Source of the DNA: Lingula anatina | Lineage: Eukaryota > Animalia > Brachiopoda | Direction: 5' to 3' | Length of the DNA: 64,000 nt | NCBI GenBank assembly: GCA_051362555.1 | Contig: CM120644.1 | Location: 1,558,954 to 1,622,953, forward strand | Shown: positions 32,921 to 45,800 of the stretch, in pieces | Layout of the letters: every line of letters begins with the position of its first letter | Numbering within the stretch: position 1 is the stretch's first letter | The notes under the pieces: model-generated | Seen by the model: the letters and a program-made list of their open reading frames with translations, nothing else | Database searches by the model: none | Told to the model about the DNA's origin: nothing | Position numbers and translations under genes: made by a program

Positions 32921-34794
32921 ATGACGATGAGGGATAATTTAAAGATGTCCTGATTGGCTGGATTAACTTATGTCAAAACTTCTTTGAATGGATCATAGTC
33001 AATGCTTCACAGAAAGCTCAAAAGTGAAAATATTGAGGAAGGGTGAAAATTTGGTAATCAGCTGACTGGGGCAGGTGGAAGAACAGCTGACAGGGCATAT
33101 TTCTGAATATTTTGTTATGTTCCCTTTGTATGAGATGATGTTAAATATATTACTAAATCTTGACCACTGAACAATAAAAAAACAAAACAAAAAAAAAAAC
33201 TATTTATATTTTTCAACCATAAAAGTGATCATGAAATTCACTGTTAATATGAAAGCACTTATTTGTACACTTAACAAAGAAAAAAAAAAAGAAATGCGAA
33301 ATTGAGATGCAATTGTCCAATTTGTAATAATTAACTTATTAACCTTCAACTTACGTTTTGTATGAATCTATTTTTATTTTATTTTACCTTTATGAATGTT
33401 ATTGTGGTTTGCACACTGAAGGAGTATTACACAGTTGAGCAACGGTAACTGAAGTCTGGAAAATGGGTGATGTGACACGCCAGGAAGTATGTTATATTGC
33501 TTTTATATTGTTTACGTTCTATACATAACTATTCAATCTATGACGATATCAAAAACAAACATGAACAGTGCTTACTCTTTTTGCTGACAGGTGGTTCACA
33601 AGTATTTTTTGTCATACGCAAAAATCACCTTCCAAGCAATTGCCAGGTGGATTATATATATATATATATATAAAAAAAAAATATATATATATATATATCA
33701 AAAGCCATGTTTTTTCTTGAAGAAAGGCTACCAGTAACTCTCAAGTACACTTGCTTAACAAAATGTGATAGTTTTTCATATATTAATGTTTTAGCACATA
33801 GCATGGACAAAGATAGTTTTGCTCATTGTACTTATACTGCTAATTCCGGATATACTGTTAAACATATCTGTTCTGTTTTGAGGTCTGTTCAGAATGAGTT
33901 AGTACTAGAGTGACCAAGCTTGTGTGAACTAACTCCACAGGGGGCCCTTGGGTCTGGGCTACAGTTTCAGGTATTAACAATTTATTACCTCTTTTTCATG
34001 GCTAGTTAACTGGATTAATTTTGATTGGTACTTTGGGGCTTGCGAAAGGGATAACCCCCCTCCCTGAGAGTTATGACTGATAGAACCAGTAAAACTACTG
34101 CATGATGTAAATAGGAGCCTACTGATTCATAAAACTGATTCAAAATTTTTCAGTTATTATATAGTTATACTAATATTTATTACTGAAAAGTAACTTAAGA
34201 AACCGATCCTTGATTAATAATCTGTTATTATGTTATGTAATTTTACTGATAGTATAATTATGTTTTTATGTTATGTTTATGCTTGATAAGATGGTAAAAC
34301 GATGAATAATTTCTAATGACAATAAATATTTATAACCAAGGAAGCATGGCCTTTTGAGGTAGAAACATTATGTCTAATAGGTAAAAAAGTCTTGAAAAAT
34401 TAGTTTTATTTTTGGCTTACCATGTATTCTGTTATATTAACTTATTTAATGTCTTTAACATGTTGTTTTTGTACATGAGGCTAATCAAAATAATTAGCAG
34501 GGAGTAGCTTTATACATGTTTAGTATGTGACGAAGTGGATACTGTTGATGTTTCAATTATTTTCAATCAGCACTCAGTATGTAGAGGTACGTAGTTTATT
34601 TGTTTGACAATAGAGGTCACCACAAAGGGCCTATAATTAATGTGACATATTTATTGGAGATGTCCATTCCCAGCCACACAAATGCTTGCTAAGTTTACAC
34701 AAAGAACCCTTCACATTGTTTGTAGGCATGCTTATTAAGGTGTGTCAATGTGCACTGTCAGCAACCCTGGTTATCTAGCTTTGTGGTTTCTTTG

Positions 34795-34955
34795 CAGGCT
34801 CGTAGCCAGGGGTGGTGGTGGAAAGAACCACCCCTTTTGCTGGGAAAAGGTCCACTCTGGGTAAAATTTGATCTAGGTACATGAAGTTTTTATGGAAAAG
34901 GGTCCACTTTTTCAGAAAAAGAACCCCCCTTTTGCAATTACTGGCTACGGGCCTG
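34795..34955. mobile_element. MITE (caggcccgtagccag family), copy 1
   Basis: TIRs caggctcgtagccag / ctggctacgggcctg with a 5-bp TSD ctttg. Confidence 0.8.
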
Positions 34956-36077
34956 CTTTGTATATATTACGTATATTAATAACTGCTGTTCAATCCCTGT
35001 GCCAACTTGGCTTTATCTGAAAATAATAATGGTTTTTAAATGATTGTCCACGGGTAAAAAGAGTCTGGATGAAACTACAATGTATGTTAATAAGTTTATA
35101 TAGACGATCATTTGTCAATAAAACCGGAAACATTTCAAATAATTTCCACGTATAGCTTTTTTGTTGATTATTTTTTCTTAATTTGAGTCAAGTTAGTCAT
35201 TCTTTCTGCAGTCTAAAAAGTGAAAGCAGATGACACAAGACTACCTGTCTACCTTTTTTTGCTCAGTTTGGAAAAGTCGCCCTTTTCCGCAGTCCCCTAC
35301 TTCCACTATGTGCTGCGAATTAAATTTACTTCGTCAAATTGATGCAGTTGACCATAGTTACATGTACCTTCTAACGGGAGATGTGTGTCTTTACAACACC
35401 AAGAACATTGTTAAAACCTGTATGATAACATTATGTGTTCAAGATGCTTGTAGCAAGGAGTTATAACTCCTTGCTTGTAGTATATTTTAAAGCCATAGTA
35501 ATCTGTAGAAATGGGAAGATAGTGAAAATGATTGCAGTAGTTGAGACACATTGTGTCGGGTTGTTACGAGAAAATTGTGTTCTCTGTAGGAAGTGTGTTG
35601 AACGGACTAGCCAAGAAGTCCCAGTTTTAGTGACGACAATAACTTTATAATACACTTATTACGATATAACTCGGTTTTGCCGAGATGGCGTTAGCATTTT
35701 TATAATCAAAATTAGCCAACATTAGACCTATTTAGTTGACAACACGTAAGCGTATTCTTGTCATTTCAAGTTGGACTTTCACATTTCATCCGCAAAAATC
35801 GTAATATTCTTAAAAATGTAATTTTAATCTTGGCGTTAATCAGTAGGCCTACTCAACTCGATTCTTAACTTGGATTAGATCGATGTTTAAGGGCCTAAAT
35901 CCTTTTCCATTTTTAATTTTAATTAGAAAAAAAAAAAAAAAAAAAAACAATTTGGCTCTTAATGTTTGACCAATATGGTGCTGTTGGCGACCCTGTTGAT
36001 ATACCCATAAAAGTCCATGGGAGTCTTCGTAAGAACTAGAATGATCTCGCACTTGTTCGATCGCTTTGTTGTTGCTG

Positions 36078-36252
36078 CAGGCCCGTAGCCAGGGAGGGGG
36101 TTTAAAAGTACCCCCCTCCCCCTTTTTTTTTACAGGGAAAAGGTCCCCGCTGGATAAAATTTCTTGTGGGTACATGAAGGTTTAATGGCGAAAAGGTCCA
36201 CTTTTTCAGAAAAAAGCCCCCCTCCCCGTTGAAATTGCTGGCTACGGGCCCT
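36078..36252. mobile_element. MITE (caggcccgtagccag family), copy 2
   Basis: Same TIRs and internal aaaaggtcc motifs as 34795-34955. Confidence 0.75.
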
Positions 36253-36840
36253 AGCAGCGTTCGAGAAAGGCTTAGGCCTAAACACGGGATAAGGGAGAGA
36301 AAAAAGAGGATTTTACTTTTTGTTGTTTTTGCCCGTTTCCAATTCGGATGTTCGTTTCAATCTATAACAAAGATATTTACAGGCAAACGTTGCGCGATGG
36401 ACCTCTATTATTAAAGCCCCTATTTGGTGAGGTTATATCCTGGTAGTTAAAGCAATGTTTATCTTAATCATCAAGGAAAATAAAAACGCATCTCGGAAAA
36501 TAAAAAGTGACTTTCACTTTAACTTTCACTAAAGAAAATACCCAAGGGCCCCTGTTAATAATATTACGACCTATAAATCCGTTCTCAGGTCCAAATTTCC
36601 TCGTCTTTACTGCCACGAGTTATGCTCACCTGCCTATATGCTCTCAACTCGATGTCCAAAGTAACAGACTAGAAAAAATGGGAATTAAAAAAAATCGCTT
36701 TACGTAGGGCCTACAATTCTGTGAACAGTTTTAGAAATGATAATTGTTGAGTAATAAGGGGAGCTTGTGGAAATCTCCAGGAAATTTAAACTTTGTAGGC
36801 CTATAAATGAAGGTTTGACGCTCAAAGGGCCTTTAAAATA

Positions 36841-38158
36841 GGGGAGACCGGGGCTAGTTGGACCCCGGGGTAAGTTGGCCCCCCGTCAATTTACGAAAAA
36901 GTAACTACGAGGTAAAAAAATTGGTCACATACTCTTGTAAAGTGACCGTAGCCTACAATGCTAAGGAAGTGTCGGACGTTAAAAAGTTTTACTTAAGCGG
37001 TGAGTCCAAATGAACGATTTTTGCACCTAAAAGTAATTTTGTTTATCAGAATTAAAAATCTATTTTCAAAGGCTTTTGATCGAATATAATATATGTATAG
37101 GGCATCAAACTGAAGCTCATTATTTCAAGTTTCACTGTGATATATCACCGTTGCTCATTCTAGCATCATAAATGGTTGCCATCCTTTAAAATAAAAAAGG
37201 TGCACGAGGGGCTAGTTGGCCCCCTAGACTCGGGGCAAGTTGGACCCTCATATTACCCACAATCCTTTGCGCGCATCGCTGTTTGAAATAAACAAGTTGG
37301 TGAAATTGACAAAGCTTGCCGGTGTTTACCGTCTGATTGATTTCATTAAATTTGCTCTCTGGTGTCTTTTCGAAAATTTATATTAGAAATGTTCTGTTGA
37401 TTGTATGTATTAAAAAGTAAATCCATTGAACTTTCCTTAGAAAAACATTTATTTTGCCTTAATTCATTTTAAGGGGATTCCCTTTGTATTTATAGTGTTA
37501 TATGTGGTCCCAAGGGGATTTTCCACCCCTCCCTAGCTAGAGATCATGTATGAAACAAAACTCAATGGTTTAAAACTGAATTTGTTACTTTCTTTTAAAA
37601 CGAAAATTTATTATTCGTTTTCATTCATTAAAAACCTGCTTTATACCATTATTAACTAATTCTTAATTAAAACAAAACAAATTTTATTGATAGATATTTT
37701 GGTTCTTGCAACACATACCCCCCCCCCCCCCCCCCCCACACACACACACAACGTGACGTACGGAAACCTCAATAAATCTGCCTCATTTGAACTATTTATT
37801 CATCAAAGACTCTAAAAAATCAATTTAATAAATTAAAAATGTATAAAAATGTATTTCAAGGCGTTTACATGGGATATATAGGCCCTACTTCATTTTCGTA
37901 TAGGGGGGCCAACTTGCCCCGACCCTGGGGCCAACTTGCCCCGTGGCGGGGCAAGTTGGCCCCCTTGACACCAACTGCGTCTTTTGTCAAATTGTGAGCC
38001 ATCTGGCATTATAGGGCCTATTTGAAAAATAATGACGTTGCATACGTAGCTTAGTTCATGGGGCTTACTTTGAAACCGGTTTTGTTACTCTAACCTATTC
38101 CTAGTTGGCTCTACAAGGCGAAACGTGTCTAACTGGGCCAACTAGCCCCGGTCTCCCC
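36841..38158. mobile_element. Non-autonomous Tc1/mariner (pogo-like) DNA transposon
   Basis: Perfect TIRs ggggagaccggggctagttgg / ccaactagccccggtctcccc flanked by TA. Multiple internal ggggc(t/a)agttgg(c/a)ccc subterminal repeats. No transposase ORF. Confidence 0.82.
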
Positions 38159-39279
38159 TAAGTGAAACTAATTTTTTTTCAGCCTCTCTTGAAATCGTAG
38201 GTATTTTCGTGTTTACGCTTACCTAGCTTCTTTCTTTTTTGTTTTAAATTTCGTAATAAGGCTAAAGGTAGGCCTACTCTAACGGTTTTTTGCCAAAAAT
38301 TTTTCTTCGGGGCAAAAGTAGCCCTTAATTTTCACCTACTCACGAATCATTTGTTCGACCCGTCCCTGAACAAAAATTCGGCATTTCATTCCAGAGTGAA
38401 ATGTCGACATCAGGTAAGACCCTGCTATGAATTTATCATTTGAGTTTTTAGGTCTGAGTTGGACAAGATTAGGCCCTAGAGGTTGGACAGTGCACGTAGA
38501 CGTAAAAAAATATGAATTTGCGGCAACGTCAAACGCGGATAGTAAGCCTACATTTAATTTCTCAGATTTGCAGTGCTGGTTAGGCTATTAACGTCTTATT
38601 TTAACAAAAATAATTATTGTTCTTAGCTCTCTTTGTAGACAGCACAAAAAAGAGGTAGACTTAAATATATATTTTCTGCAAATGGTCATCTTAACATCTT
38701 TAATAAATGTAGATTCAGTAACTTAATTGCGTTAAACGCTGGATTAAAAAGAATGCTTTCGCCGTGCGATATATTTAACACTGATAATGAACAATTATAG
38801 TTTTAATTCAATTTAAAACACTTCAAACGTGCATTGAAGATTTATTAAAACAATATTATTTGGGTCAACTCCTTGAAGTCATGGCATATTTTGGTCACAT
38901 ATAGCAATAATATATGAAAAAGGTGAAAATAAATAATTTTTACAGTGATAAAATAAAAACATGACTGCTCAAAGAGGACTACTCGCCCATGCTTACACAG
39001 TCAATGCGATGTGAAAAAATAACTGCCCACCCTCACTCTGACTGCTTGCTCTAAATTTACATTGTATCACTAAATTCCACGAAAAAAAGTCCATTTCCCC
39101 CGATGTCCTCCTTTTAAAAAAGGACAAAATCACCACTTTGAAAACAAAACTGTTATTCTCAGCAAACAGCATTGAAAACGACTGACAAAAATAACTTGCG
39201 CTATCCGTTTATTTTTGATGAACTATCCATTTTATTTTTCTGAGAATCAAACAGAAACTCAGGCAGTGCTAATTTGCTG

Positions 39280-39320
39280 GTGACCAATATTGACGCACGT
39301 GACAAAAATGGCGGGGGATG
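39280..39320 (+). promoter_or_regulatory. Putative boule proximal promoter motifs
   Basis: CCAAT (39284), CACGTG E-box (39296) and a YY1-like aaaatggcgg cluster within 35 bp in a CpG-rich region upstream of the ATG exon. Confidence 0.4.
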
Positions 39321-39895
39321 TCAAGGAGTTCCCCCAACATCTGTCCATCTCTACCTGCGGAAAGTTTTCATATTTTCTCACAAATAATGTGGCTCAAGAT
39401 TTGAAGATACACCTATACTCATGTAGAACAGTCAAATTCCTGTGTCCAGGTGGCTTAGTGCATCAAAAGATTTATAAACCCGATAAAAACAGTTTTCTTG
39501 TCAGCCTGTGGGCGGGAAACTTCCCCGGCACGTGCCCAGACCACATGATTGATGGCAGTCGCCTGCTCACGGCCGAGTTTATCGATCAGAAAAGTGGACA
39601 CAAATTTTGCGGTAAATGAAAAAAATTCAGTAATTACAGAGAAATCACAAAAATAACAATTTGTACAGCTTAATGATTCAGAACTTAGCTATCTGAGGAG
39701 TAATTTTAGAAAAAAGGTCCAGAGGTGAAATTTGGGCATATTGGAATACCCCATCCTTTCACCCCTCCAGGAAAGGACTGCGCCGGGAAGCAGAAGTTGT
39801 CGGCAGTGCACGGAGTTCGTGGTCCGCGATTTGTGTTTATTGATCCATCGGCGACTGGTTCACTCGGAATTTGGAGGATTTTTCACTGAATTAAT

Positions 39896-42800
39896 ATGGT
39901 AAGTTCACGATTTCTTGATAAACTGAGCAAGATGTTGGAAATCATAGCCTTGTTTATTGAAAAATATTCCACGATCTTTGTCTGTTCAGCAGATATATTT
40001 CGGCGCATATTCATCAGCTGGTCCGAGCTAAAATGGCAATGCTCCGATCGTCTCAAATTTCCCTCGCAGTAGATGTTAGTAATCCAGATAATAGATCGCA
40101 CGCGTTTCTCTGCTCATGTTACACGGGAAGTATTCCTACTCTTTTGAACTTGCAGAAGGTCAGTTATACGTTATATCTTGTGTAATAATAAAATATTAAT
40201 TTGGCGGCTTTCACTGATAAATTGTTTGGCTGCGTGAAATGATTTACTGGCAGATGTACTCGGATCTTTTTGAAGATGGACTAAAGTGATCTACCTTAAC
40301 TAAGTTGGTGAAGAAATGAATATTTTAAGTATCTGAAACAGCTTGAAACTGCGTTTACTACCCGGTATGAGCTTTCATATAGGTGCAACAGTCGGGCTAT
40401 TTTTATCCAACTTTCTGGTGATCACTCAGCAAACTTGTCTGTTTTTATAGGCAACCCAGTTTGCAAACGATGTAAAGCTTTCGAGTGATAGAAAATGCAT
40501 TGAATGAAATATGAAAACATTGGAGCATTTTTTTTGCTCCATAAAAGGTAGAAAAGCGAGTTTGAATGGTTGTAACTCCTTTCGGTATCTAATATAGTAA
40601 ATGGTACGAAAATCATAATGTGGCCGAGTTGAGAAATACCTTTAGGCTCAGTTGTTTGAAGCAATAAATTGCTGATGACTTGTAAATTGGTGACACCATA
40701 TGTATGAGTAATGCCTGTATCCTTGACCATTGACAGGTATAATGACCCAGTGTGCTTATCTAGTTAGGGTTAGGGGGTTTTACTGTATTGCCCCTCTCCC
40801 CACACCCCCTCCCCCCCCAGCTAAATGTAGTGCCAGGGGCAGGTAGAACCGGCCGGGTAGCTCAGTAGGTAAGAGCACTCGCCCTGTAAGCAAGGGGTCC
40901 CGGGTTCGATTCCTGGCCTGGTCGGTGATTTTTCTGCACTCACCCCAAATCGCTACAATGGTGGCAGCGGTGTTGCGAGACAGGGCTCGCGTCTTTCGGC
41001 ATTTGGGGGGGAGGAGTGTAGTGCCAGGGGCAGGTAGAACCGGCCGGGTAGCTCAGTAGGTAAGAGCACTCGCCCTGTAAGCGAGGGGTCCCGGGTTCGA
41101 TTCCTGGTCTGGCTGGAGATTTTTCTGCACTCACCCCAAATCGCTACATAAATAATGATAATTACCCACATCAACATGCCCTGCATTGCTGCTCTTCTCT
41201 CACTTGTTAGTTTGTGAATGAGGACTGAAAGAATGGGTTCTGATTTTTGCAGCAAAGTTTTAAAATAAAGAATAATATGCCCCATATGTTGAGTAAACAG
41301 TGTGGGGATGTGAGATGTAGTCACTAGTTAGATGCCATACAGGATGTCAGTATATCTTTGTGATTGTTACTTTGTAATATTTCTAGGCAAGTTTTCAAGC
41401 AAGTATGATGTAAAACATCTGTGAACATTGCAGAAAAGAATCTTTTCCTCTATCATTGCTTGAGGGTCAATTTAAGTAATATATTCCCTCATTTGCAAAT
41501 GGCAAATCTTTACTTAGGGAATAGCATTGTAAGTTTGTCTGATATTTCAAATTCAGATTTGAAATTATTGAAAATAGATGGAATACTGCTGTATGGGCTT
41601 GATTTGATGTCTTAATTGTGATGAGAAGCATGGGCATTTGAAAAAGATATGCACACAAACTATTTATAATCTGTTAAAAGCCTGTATTCCGACTTTGAAA
41701 TAAGGCAAATTGAAAAATTTTAACTCCATTTTACCAGTGTTTTTAGGATGCTAGCCTATCAAACATTCCATTGTCTAGTAAAGGAATGTTGTGATTTATT
41801 AGCAAGTATCTTAAAATATATAAGGGTAATTTTGTGAAATACTCTGGATAAATGGGAGTCTTCCTTTGTCTAGCAGATTTCTTTTCTTTATATTTGTAAA
41901 AGAGATAAAAGAATGACAGGATTTGTAGAAAAATTAGTATTGAAGTATTGAAAATTGCAATTGGGAAATAAATACTACTGAAAAAAGGGGGTGGATGGGT
42001 TATCAAACATTCTGTTACTCCATACCCGAATGTTTATTATTATTTTTTCATTATATAAAAAAGTATTTATGATATGTGAAACATTTTATATTTTGTGATA
42101 ATTATGTGAAATGTTCATTTATGCTATGTGAAACATTTATTTATGATATGTGAAATGCCTTTTAATGCTATGTGACCAGTGTGTTAATATTTATTTAGTC
42201 TGTGTCCTCGGATACCCAGTCGGTCTCCCAGTCCCCAAGTCCTAGTCCTGGCACCCCTACTGGGATAACACATGCACCAAAGTATGGGACTGTGATACCA
42301 AACAGGATATTTGTGGGAGGGATAGCACCAAATGTAAGTTGTACAGATTGTCTAATATTTTTTACCAAGCTATCTGGTGATGTATTTCACAGGTTGGATT
42401 GTTTCCTTGTTGTACAGAACTGAAAGTTATTTTTTTGGCAAATTGTGAATAAAAATAGTAATAAACCTAATAATAATTGTGATAATGAGTATGTAAAGCC
42501 TTTTCGTTTTATAGCCTGAGAGTGAAATAAATATCTCCTATTTCTTCCAGACAACAGAGCAAGAGTTGAGGCACTATTTCTCTGCATTTGGTGCTGTCAA
42601 AGACACCAAGATTATAGCTGACAGGGCAGGTGTTAGTAAAGGGTGAGTGCTGTCAACATCTTCATTTTTTTCCCCCTCAGAATAGATGGTGTATATTCTT
42701 CAGCATTTCAAACAGACCACATTTTCATGGCTTTGGTGTTTTGAAGTAAAGGATTTGAAAAAAGGTTGAAGATTGAATATGAACTGACATTGTCACTTAT

Positions 42801-45800
42801 TGATGTAGAGAGTTTATTCCCTGGGATGTATATGTCAGCAAGTTTCATTAAAAGCTATTTTGTTGAGATATAGAGAGTATTATTTCTTTGAAACTAATGG
42901 GTTGTGATGAGCAAATGCACCAGGGTTTGCTTTTATAATTGTTTATCCAATGCTAAAAAGTGATGAAATCCTGAAATGATAAAAAAATCTTTTAAAGATT
43001 ATACTGAAGTGTTCACATACTCTAATTCCATCTAAAATTGCTGATTGAAATAATTGTGACTTTTGTTTATAGTTATTCTTAGACTTGATAAATTGTTGTG
43101 GGGTGTTCCAGTTTCTTTACACTAAACATTTGCCATTTCACCTTTGTTTCAGGTATGGCTTTGTAACTTTTGAAACACAGGAAGATGCTGAAAAAATTAT
43201 CAAAACTGAGGTGAGCCCAGCTGAATTGCGTGTTCAGAGATCTCTTACATATTATACTTGAAAAAAATTAAAACAATTGATTTACCCAATAAATAAAAGA
43301 AAAATTAAAGTTTGATTTTAAATATTATCCATTGATTTTGAATCTCTTGTTGATATTTCAGCAAAGTGACAATCTGGTTTTTAAAGACAGGAAATTGAAC
43401 ATTGGCCCTGCCATTAGAAAACAGGTAAGTTGAAAACATTTATTGTAAAATTTCCATAACAGGAAAAAATTGGAAAGGGAAGGGTGTATATTCAGTTTGA
43501 TGAATTGTTTTAATGATGATAAAAGCATGTGGTTCTGATAAATCGAGTAAAGGCTCAAACAACTAGTTGTTATGTAGTAAACATTCTGATTGCATTGCAC
43601 AGTAATGCTGATATATTGTATTTTGCAGCAGGCTTTTCCCAGGCTTTATGGTAAGTGTAGCTAAATTACAGGTTTCTGATCTCAGAAAATGATGTAATGA
43701 AATAGAGAAATAAATAGAAAAGTTAATCACTAATATATTTTATGCATAATTAAGCTATTGATACTTAAAATGGTAAACAGGCATTTGTTAGTGTAAAAAT
43801 TGTTATACTACTAAGAAATGTAATTTTATGTAAAAAAACAACTGGCAGTTTTCTCTCTAAAGATTACTTTCTATCTTAGCAAGCTTGTCACTTTATACAC
43901 CTTGATTCTCTCATTTCTAACCCTGTTTTTTCAGAGAGCACAATCCCCCAGGCAGGGACAATCATGTTTCAGAATGGCATACCATTTACCTACCAAAATG
44001 GAATGGCAGTCTTCCCCACGACAGAAGGAGCTGCTGTCCCTGCTCAGCCACAGGTAACTTTATAGTTAACAGTGTCTGTAGGTATCAGGTATATGTAAGA
44101 ATGACAACATGGACATGGTGATTATGATGGCTTTTGGGGTAATGTGTGTGTACATCAGCTCTTGACTTCTTATATCGATGGGATTGGTGTTGGGAAATGT
44201 TGAAAAATCCTAGTCCCCTTCTCTTCCTGGAATATGCACAAGTGCAACAGCTTTTCATTTATCTCTTCACTGGGCTCTCAAATTTAGACCACATGTCTGT
44301 TTACCAAAACCTCCAAGGTACCCAGTCTTCTATATAATTGACTGGAGCAATGCTATGAGGTGATTCAAACCCACAGCTAGACAGGTAGTACATACTGGGC
44401 TGATGTGTGCTGTGATCTATATGAGGTTCAGAGAGATGTACCTGAGGAGTTTGGCAACATCAATAAGAAAGGATGTTCTATTGGGAGATAAATTAACCAT
44501 CTGTGTTCCTTGGAGTTCCCAGTTGATACATGATGGCTTAATTTCCTGGCTGCCTTGATGTGGAGAGTTGGGATGTGGGGAGATAAAGATACTTAGCCTG
44601 GGAAGGTCAGGCAGCCATACCACTCTGGTCTCTTGGAAAACATGAAATTGAAACTTTTTTAGGTGCTTCTACAAATAAAACACTGCAGACACTAAGGCAC
44701 AGTGCCAATGTGATATAAACTATCCCCCCCAAACAGACACCTCTGCTGCCTTCTTTCTCTCTTATACACATATAGAATGTTTAGGGAAAAAAGACTTAGC
44801 CAGTGAAAACAAGATTCATTATTTCAGTAAATTATTTATCAGAACTACCAACATTTTTGATCACCATTCACATTGGTGTTGGGAAGATGCAATTAATATG
44901 CCACTTTACATTCACCTGTAATGAAGGTTGTCAGTTCTGAAGCATTTGCAGACTTGTAAGAGGTAATATGGCAGTAAACATTACATGCCCCAATTAGTTG
45001 GCAAACAGGGCTTTGGAGAGGGAGGGGGGAAGATGTTATAATATGGGTTGTAAAGAGGAGCAAGTGTGTATAAGTGAAAGTGTATAAAAGTGAATTTCTA
45101 AGCTGAGGTATTTTGTAATATTTGGGTAGTGTGAGGTTTGGGATTTTTTCGGTATGGAAAAGAGGGGGAAAATGTGTGCTTTAATTTAAACACAGGTGTT
45201 TCATGACTGATGTGCATTTTGATATTAAATTATGGCAATGTTTCAAATTGGGGTACTGTTAACATCAGGCACTGATGTTAATGTTGTACTTGTCAAAGGG
45301 CATTAAAAGCCCACCTGTAAAATTTTTAATAATATAAATTATTGAATTTGAATTACTGGCCATCATTTCTGCTTTGGGTCAATTGATCCTTGTACTGTAG
45401 GGTCCATAGGGTCAGCAGGCTGATAAGGTTTGTTACAGAGTTATATTTCAATAATATTGTGTAATATTAATATTCAGTAAATAACACATTGTCATATTCT
45501 CCTTGCAGCAGTATCTGATGACCCACCAGCCCCAGCTGTACCAGCCTGGTCATCTCCAGTATTACCAGCCACCTGTGGTAAGTGGGGCATCTCTGCAGTG
45601 TGTGCGCTTCTTTAACCTGGGGGACACCTAGTATATCTAGACTAGGGGATATAGGGGACTGGGGTAGCTTAATGCTCAACTAGCTCCATTGTACTTCATA
45701 CTGTGACAGGAGAAAGAGCATACCTGCTTAATGGCACTGACAGGTAGTGAAAAGGGAAGTAGGTGATGGTGTTAAGGATTCGGTAGAAGTGGAGTTACTT

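Larger units (their letters stand above)
40826..41148 (+). mobile_element. TRIM (miniature non-autonomous LTR retrotransposon) with tRNA-derived LTRs
   Basis: LTRs at 40826-40957 and 41017-41148 (132 bp each, TGTAG...CTACA termini, 5 differences). PBS tggtggcagcggtg at 40959-40972, PPT gggggggaggag at 41005-41016, and a 4-bp TSD taaa. Confidence 0.9.

Noticed and set aside
40851-41115. Two genuine tandem tRNA-Thr(UGU) genes or a SINE dimer
   Set aside because: The repeats extend beyond the tRNA to TG...CA ends and bracket a PBS and PPT with a shared TSD. The anticodon loop also lacks U33.
38401-42199. ATG at 38401 spliced directly to the RRM exon as the boule start
   Set aside because: A phase-1 donor is incompatible with the phase-0 acceptor at 42199.
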